A DNA stretch of 64,000 bases from Smithella sp. (lineage in GTDB: Bacteria > Desulfobacterota > Syntrophia > Syntrophales > Smithellaceae). How positions within the stretch are numbered: position 1 is the first letter of the stretch; each line of letters starts with the position of its first letter. The translations under genes were made by a program, and so were the position numbers. The notes beneath the pieces are model-generated. The model was not told the DNA's origin. It did not search any database and saw nothing but the letters and a program-made list of their open reading frames with translations. Positions 61,745 through 64,000 of the stretch are shown one piece after another. The stretch covers positions 7,440-71,439 of the forward strand of contig JBEKMY010000022.1 of NCBI GenBank assembly GCA_049523355.1, given 5' to 3'.

Positions 61745-63763
61745 ATGGACCTAAATCATCTGGCTATATCGTTGATCGAGCTCGATCCGGAAAACATTTC
61801 AGATTTGGACGTATTTAAAAAAAGCCTGGTTCTTGCCCAAAAAAAGGCCAGGGGAAAAGTTAAAGATATTTTGGGACAGGCTTGTGCCGAGATAGAGTCA
61901 TGGTCGGGCTATGACCTGGAATCGCGCCGGGCGGGGATAGTTCGTTTGGGAGAATTATTGGAGCAGGCAATGGAATTTGGCGTGGAAAATTCCTCTGGCG
62001 CAAAACCAAAAAACCCCAAGGCCGTTTTGCCGGAAAAAATGAAATCGCTTAAATTTACTCTATCTGACGAGTTTGATGCGGATCTGTTAAATGAGTTTAT
62101 TGTTGAAAGCATGGAATGCTCTAACATGGCCGAGTCGGCCATTTTGGACTGGGAAAAGGATCCGAACAACCAGGAATTACTGAATACTATATTTAGGGGT
62201 TTCCATACCATCAAAGGAACCTCTTCCTTCATTAATCTGGACTGCGTTAAGGACGTGGCTCACAAAGCGGAATCTATGCTGGTTCGAGTCAGGGATGGTC
62301 AGGAGAGTTTTACAAGAGGCCATGCCGATTTGTCTCTTAAATCGTTAGACATGACCAAGAGCATTTTGGAACGGATGAAAACATCAGGTCCTGGTCAGCA
62401 AATAGAACTGCCTTTGGGCTATGAAGAACTGCTGGATGCCTTAAAGAATTTTATCTCCGGCACCCGGGATTCACACGTCAATGATCCGTCATCTGAGCCT
62501 GCTGTCAAGCCCGAACCCAGGGAAAAGCTTGCCCGGAAAGATGAAGAAGCTTCTGCAGATCAGTTCCCGGCTGCAAGCTCAGCTCCGGACCAGATAGTTG
62601 AGTCCACCGTCAGGGTCAAGATTGACCGGCTGGATAAGCTGTTGGATACGGTGGGCGAACTGGTGATCGCCCAGACCATGGTGGGACAGGATGAACTAAT
62701 CGTAAGCGGAAAACATCGCGAACTTAGTAAAAAAATATCCCATGCCGGAAAGATAGTGCGCGAACTTCAGGATCTGAGCATGATCCTTCGTATGGTTCCC
62801 CTGAAGGGCACCTTCCAGAAAATGGCCCGGCTGGCCCGCGATCTTTCCCAGAAAAATGGTAAAAGGGTAAATTTCACTGCTGAAGGTGAGGATATTGAGA
62901 TCGACCGTAACATGGTTGACATGGTTGCCGATCCGCTGATCCATCTTATTCGGAATGCTGTTGACCACGGTATTGAAACGCCGGAGGAACGCCGCCGACT
63001 CGGGAAATCCGAGGATGCCTTGATTTGTTTGACAGCCGGTCATGTTGAAGGCAGCATTATGCTGACAGTCTGGGATGATGGCAGAGGACTGAGCCGCCAG
63101 AAGATAGTGGACAAGGCCATATCTCGGGGCCTGATAGATTCGGCTGAACGGATGACTGACCAGGAGGTTTGGCAAATGATATTCCAGCCGGGCTTTTCCA
63201 CCGCGGAACAAGTGACAGAGGTCTCTGGCCGGGGAGTGGGGTTGGATGTGGTATGCCAGGCAGTAGATGCCCTGCGGGGCCGGATAGAGGTTCAAAGTTC
63301 GGAAGGTCAGGGCTGCGCCTTTATTATGAGAATGCCCCTGACCATGGCTATTACAGACGGAATGGTGGTTAGAGTGGGATCTCAAAGATACATCCTGCCT
63401 ATCGCCAACATCCAAAAAGCGGTAAGGCCGGTTGAGACAGATATCCACACGGTGAACCAAAGAGCCGAAATGCTTGACTTCAGGGGGGAGCTGTTGCCGG
63501 TTTTCAGGTTACACCGGCTTTTTGATATAACGGACGCTCAAACCGAACTTACTTTGGGGCTGTTGGTGGTGATAGGTGAGGGACAGCAGCGTTGTGCTCT
63601 TTTTGTAGACGATCTTTTATCCCAGACCCAGGTGGTAACCAAATTACTGGGCAAGGGGATCGACAAAGTACAGGGAGTGGCCGGAGGAGCCATTATGAGT
63701 GATGGTACGGTAGGTCTAATTCTGGACACTGCCGGAATAGTTAATATTGCCCGCAGCGATTAA
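61745..63763 (+). CDS. cheA: chemotaxis histidine kinase CheA
   Basis: Hpt FRGFHTIKGTSSF, dimerisation domain, HATPase (HLIRNAVDHGIE, DDGRGL, GRGVGLDVV), C-terminal CheW-like domain. Confidence 0.92.
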   Translation: MDLNHLAISLIELDPENISDLDVFKKSLVLAQKKARGKVKDILGQACAEIESWSGYDLESRRAGIVRLGELLEQAMEFGVENSSGAKPKNPKAVLPEKMKSLKFTLSDEFDADLLNEFIVESMECSNMAESAILDWEKDPNNQELLNTIFRGFHTIKGTSSFINLDCVKDVAHKAESMLVRVRDGQESFTRGHADLSLKSLDMTKSILERMKTSGPGQQIELPLGYEELLDALKNFISGTRDSHVNDPSSEPAVKPEPREKLARKDEEASADQFPAASSAPDQIVESTVRVKIDRLDKLLDTVGELVIAQTMVGQDELIVSGKHRELSKKISHAGKIVRELQDLSMILRMVPLKGTFQKMARLARDLSQKNGKRVNFTAEGEDIEIDRNMVDMVADPLIHLIRNAVDHGIETPEERRRLGKSEDALICLTAGHVEGSIMLTVWDDGRGLSRQKIVDKAISRGLIDSAERMTDQEVWQMIFQPGFSTAEQVTEVSGRGVGLDVVCQAVDALRGRIEVQSSEGQGCAFIMRMPLTMAITDGMVVRVGSQRYILPIANIQKAVRPVETDIHTVNQRAEMLDFRGELLPVFRLHRLFDITDAQTELTLGLLVVIGEGQQRCALFVDDLLSQTQVVTKLLGKGIDKVQGVAGGAIMSDGTVGLILDTAGIVNIARSD

Positions 63764-63803
63764 TGATACAGCGTAATAAACAGGCCATACAGGAGGAAAA
63801 AGC

Positions 63804-64000
63804 ATGAAAAACGCAAGCGCGGTTAATAAAAATCAGTCCGAGAGGGTTGATTCCCGCGCCGGTAAGTACCTGACCTTTTTTCTTTCCAGTGAGGAATACG
63901 GGGTGGAGATATTAAAGGTTCAGGAGATTATCGGCCGGATGCCGATCACACCTGTTCCGCTGACATCCAAGTATATCCGGGGGGTCATCAATCTGCGGGG
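63804..64000 (+). CDS. cheW: CheW-like coupling protein (3' end outside window)
   Basis: AGGAGG RBS. YLTFFLSSEEYGVEILKVQEIIGRMPITPVP...IRGVINLRG is a typical CheW N-terminus. Confidence 0.85.
   Translation, partial: MKNASAVNKNQSERVDSRAGKYLTFFLSSEEYGVEILKVQEIIGRMPITPVPLTSKYIRGVINLR

Noticed and set aside
62696-63460. 254-aa antisense ORF inside cheA
   Set aside because: The plus strand encodes unmistakable HATPase and CheW-like domains. The antisense product is featureless.

Overview
The window looks like a chromosomal segment from an anaerobic Desulfobacterota-like bacterium. That placement is an inference from gene content: Flx/Hdr/Nfn electron-bifurcation genes, sigma-54 regulation, and a c subunit with the SRNPG-type motif.

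Gene content in order:
- (1) A complete shikimate plus Phe/Tyr operon, aroF-aroB-pheA-aroDE-aroA-aroK-aroC-tyrA. It is preceded by a candidate aromatic-codon leader peptide and attenuator, and runs on into a sirtuin-NRDE-HDAC trio.
- (2) The conserved mnmE-jag-yidC-yidD-rnpA-rpmH cluster, with the RNase P RNA gene placed divergently next to rpmH.
- (3) An orphan ATP synthase c-subunit gene co-transcribed with an output-less double-Cache membrane protein. A good -24/-12 sigma-54 promoter sits upstream, and a divergent Cache/PAS histidine kinase plus sigma-54 activator pair is adjacent.
- (4) A family of about 125-bp imperfect-palindrome intergenic repeats. They bracket an AT-rich orphan gene, and one copy lies inside the hdrA-mvhD junction.
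- (5) An hdrD-like/hdrA/flxDCBA cluster followed by nfnAB.
- (6) A CoA-transferase and acyl-CoA dehydrogenase operon, then assorted housekeeping genes.
- (7) A chemotaxis-like module. cheA-cheW lies behind a GEMM-I (c-di-GMP-I) riboswitch-like leader. On the opposite strand a decayed GGDEF gene remnant lies upstream of cheY-cheC.

I found no rRNA, tRNA, CRISPR array or transposase gene. All calls come from reading the sequence and the ORF translations; no searches or folding programs were run.
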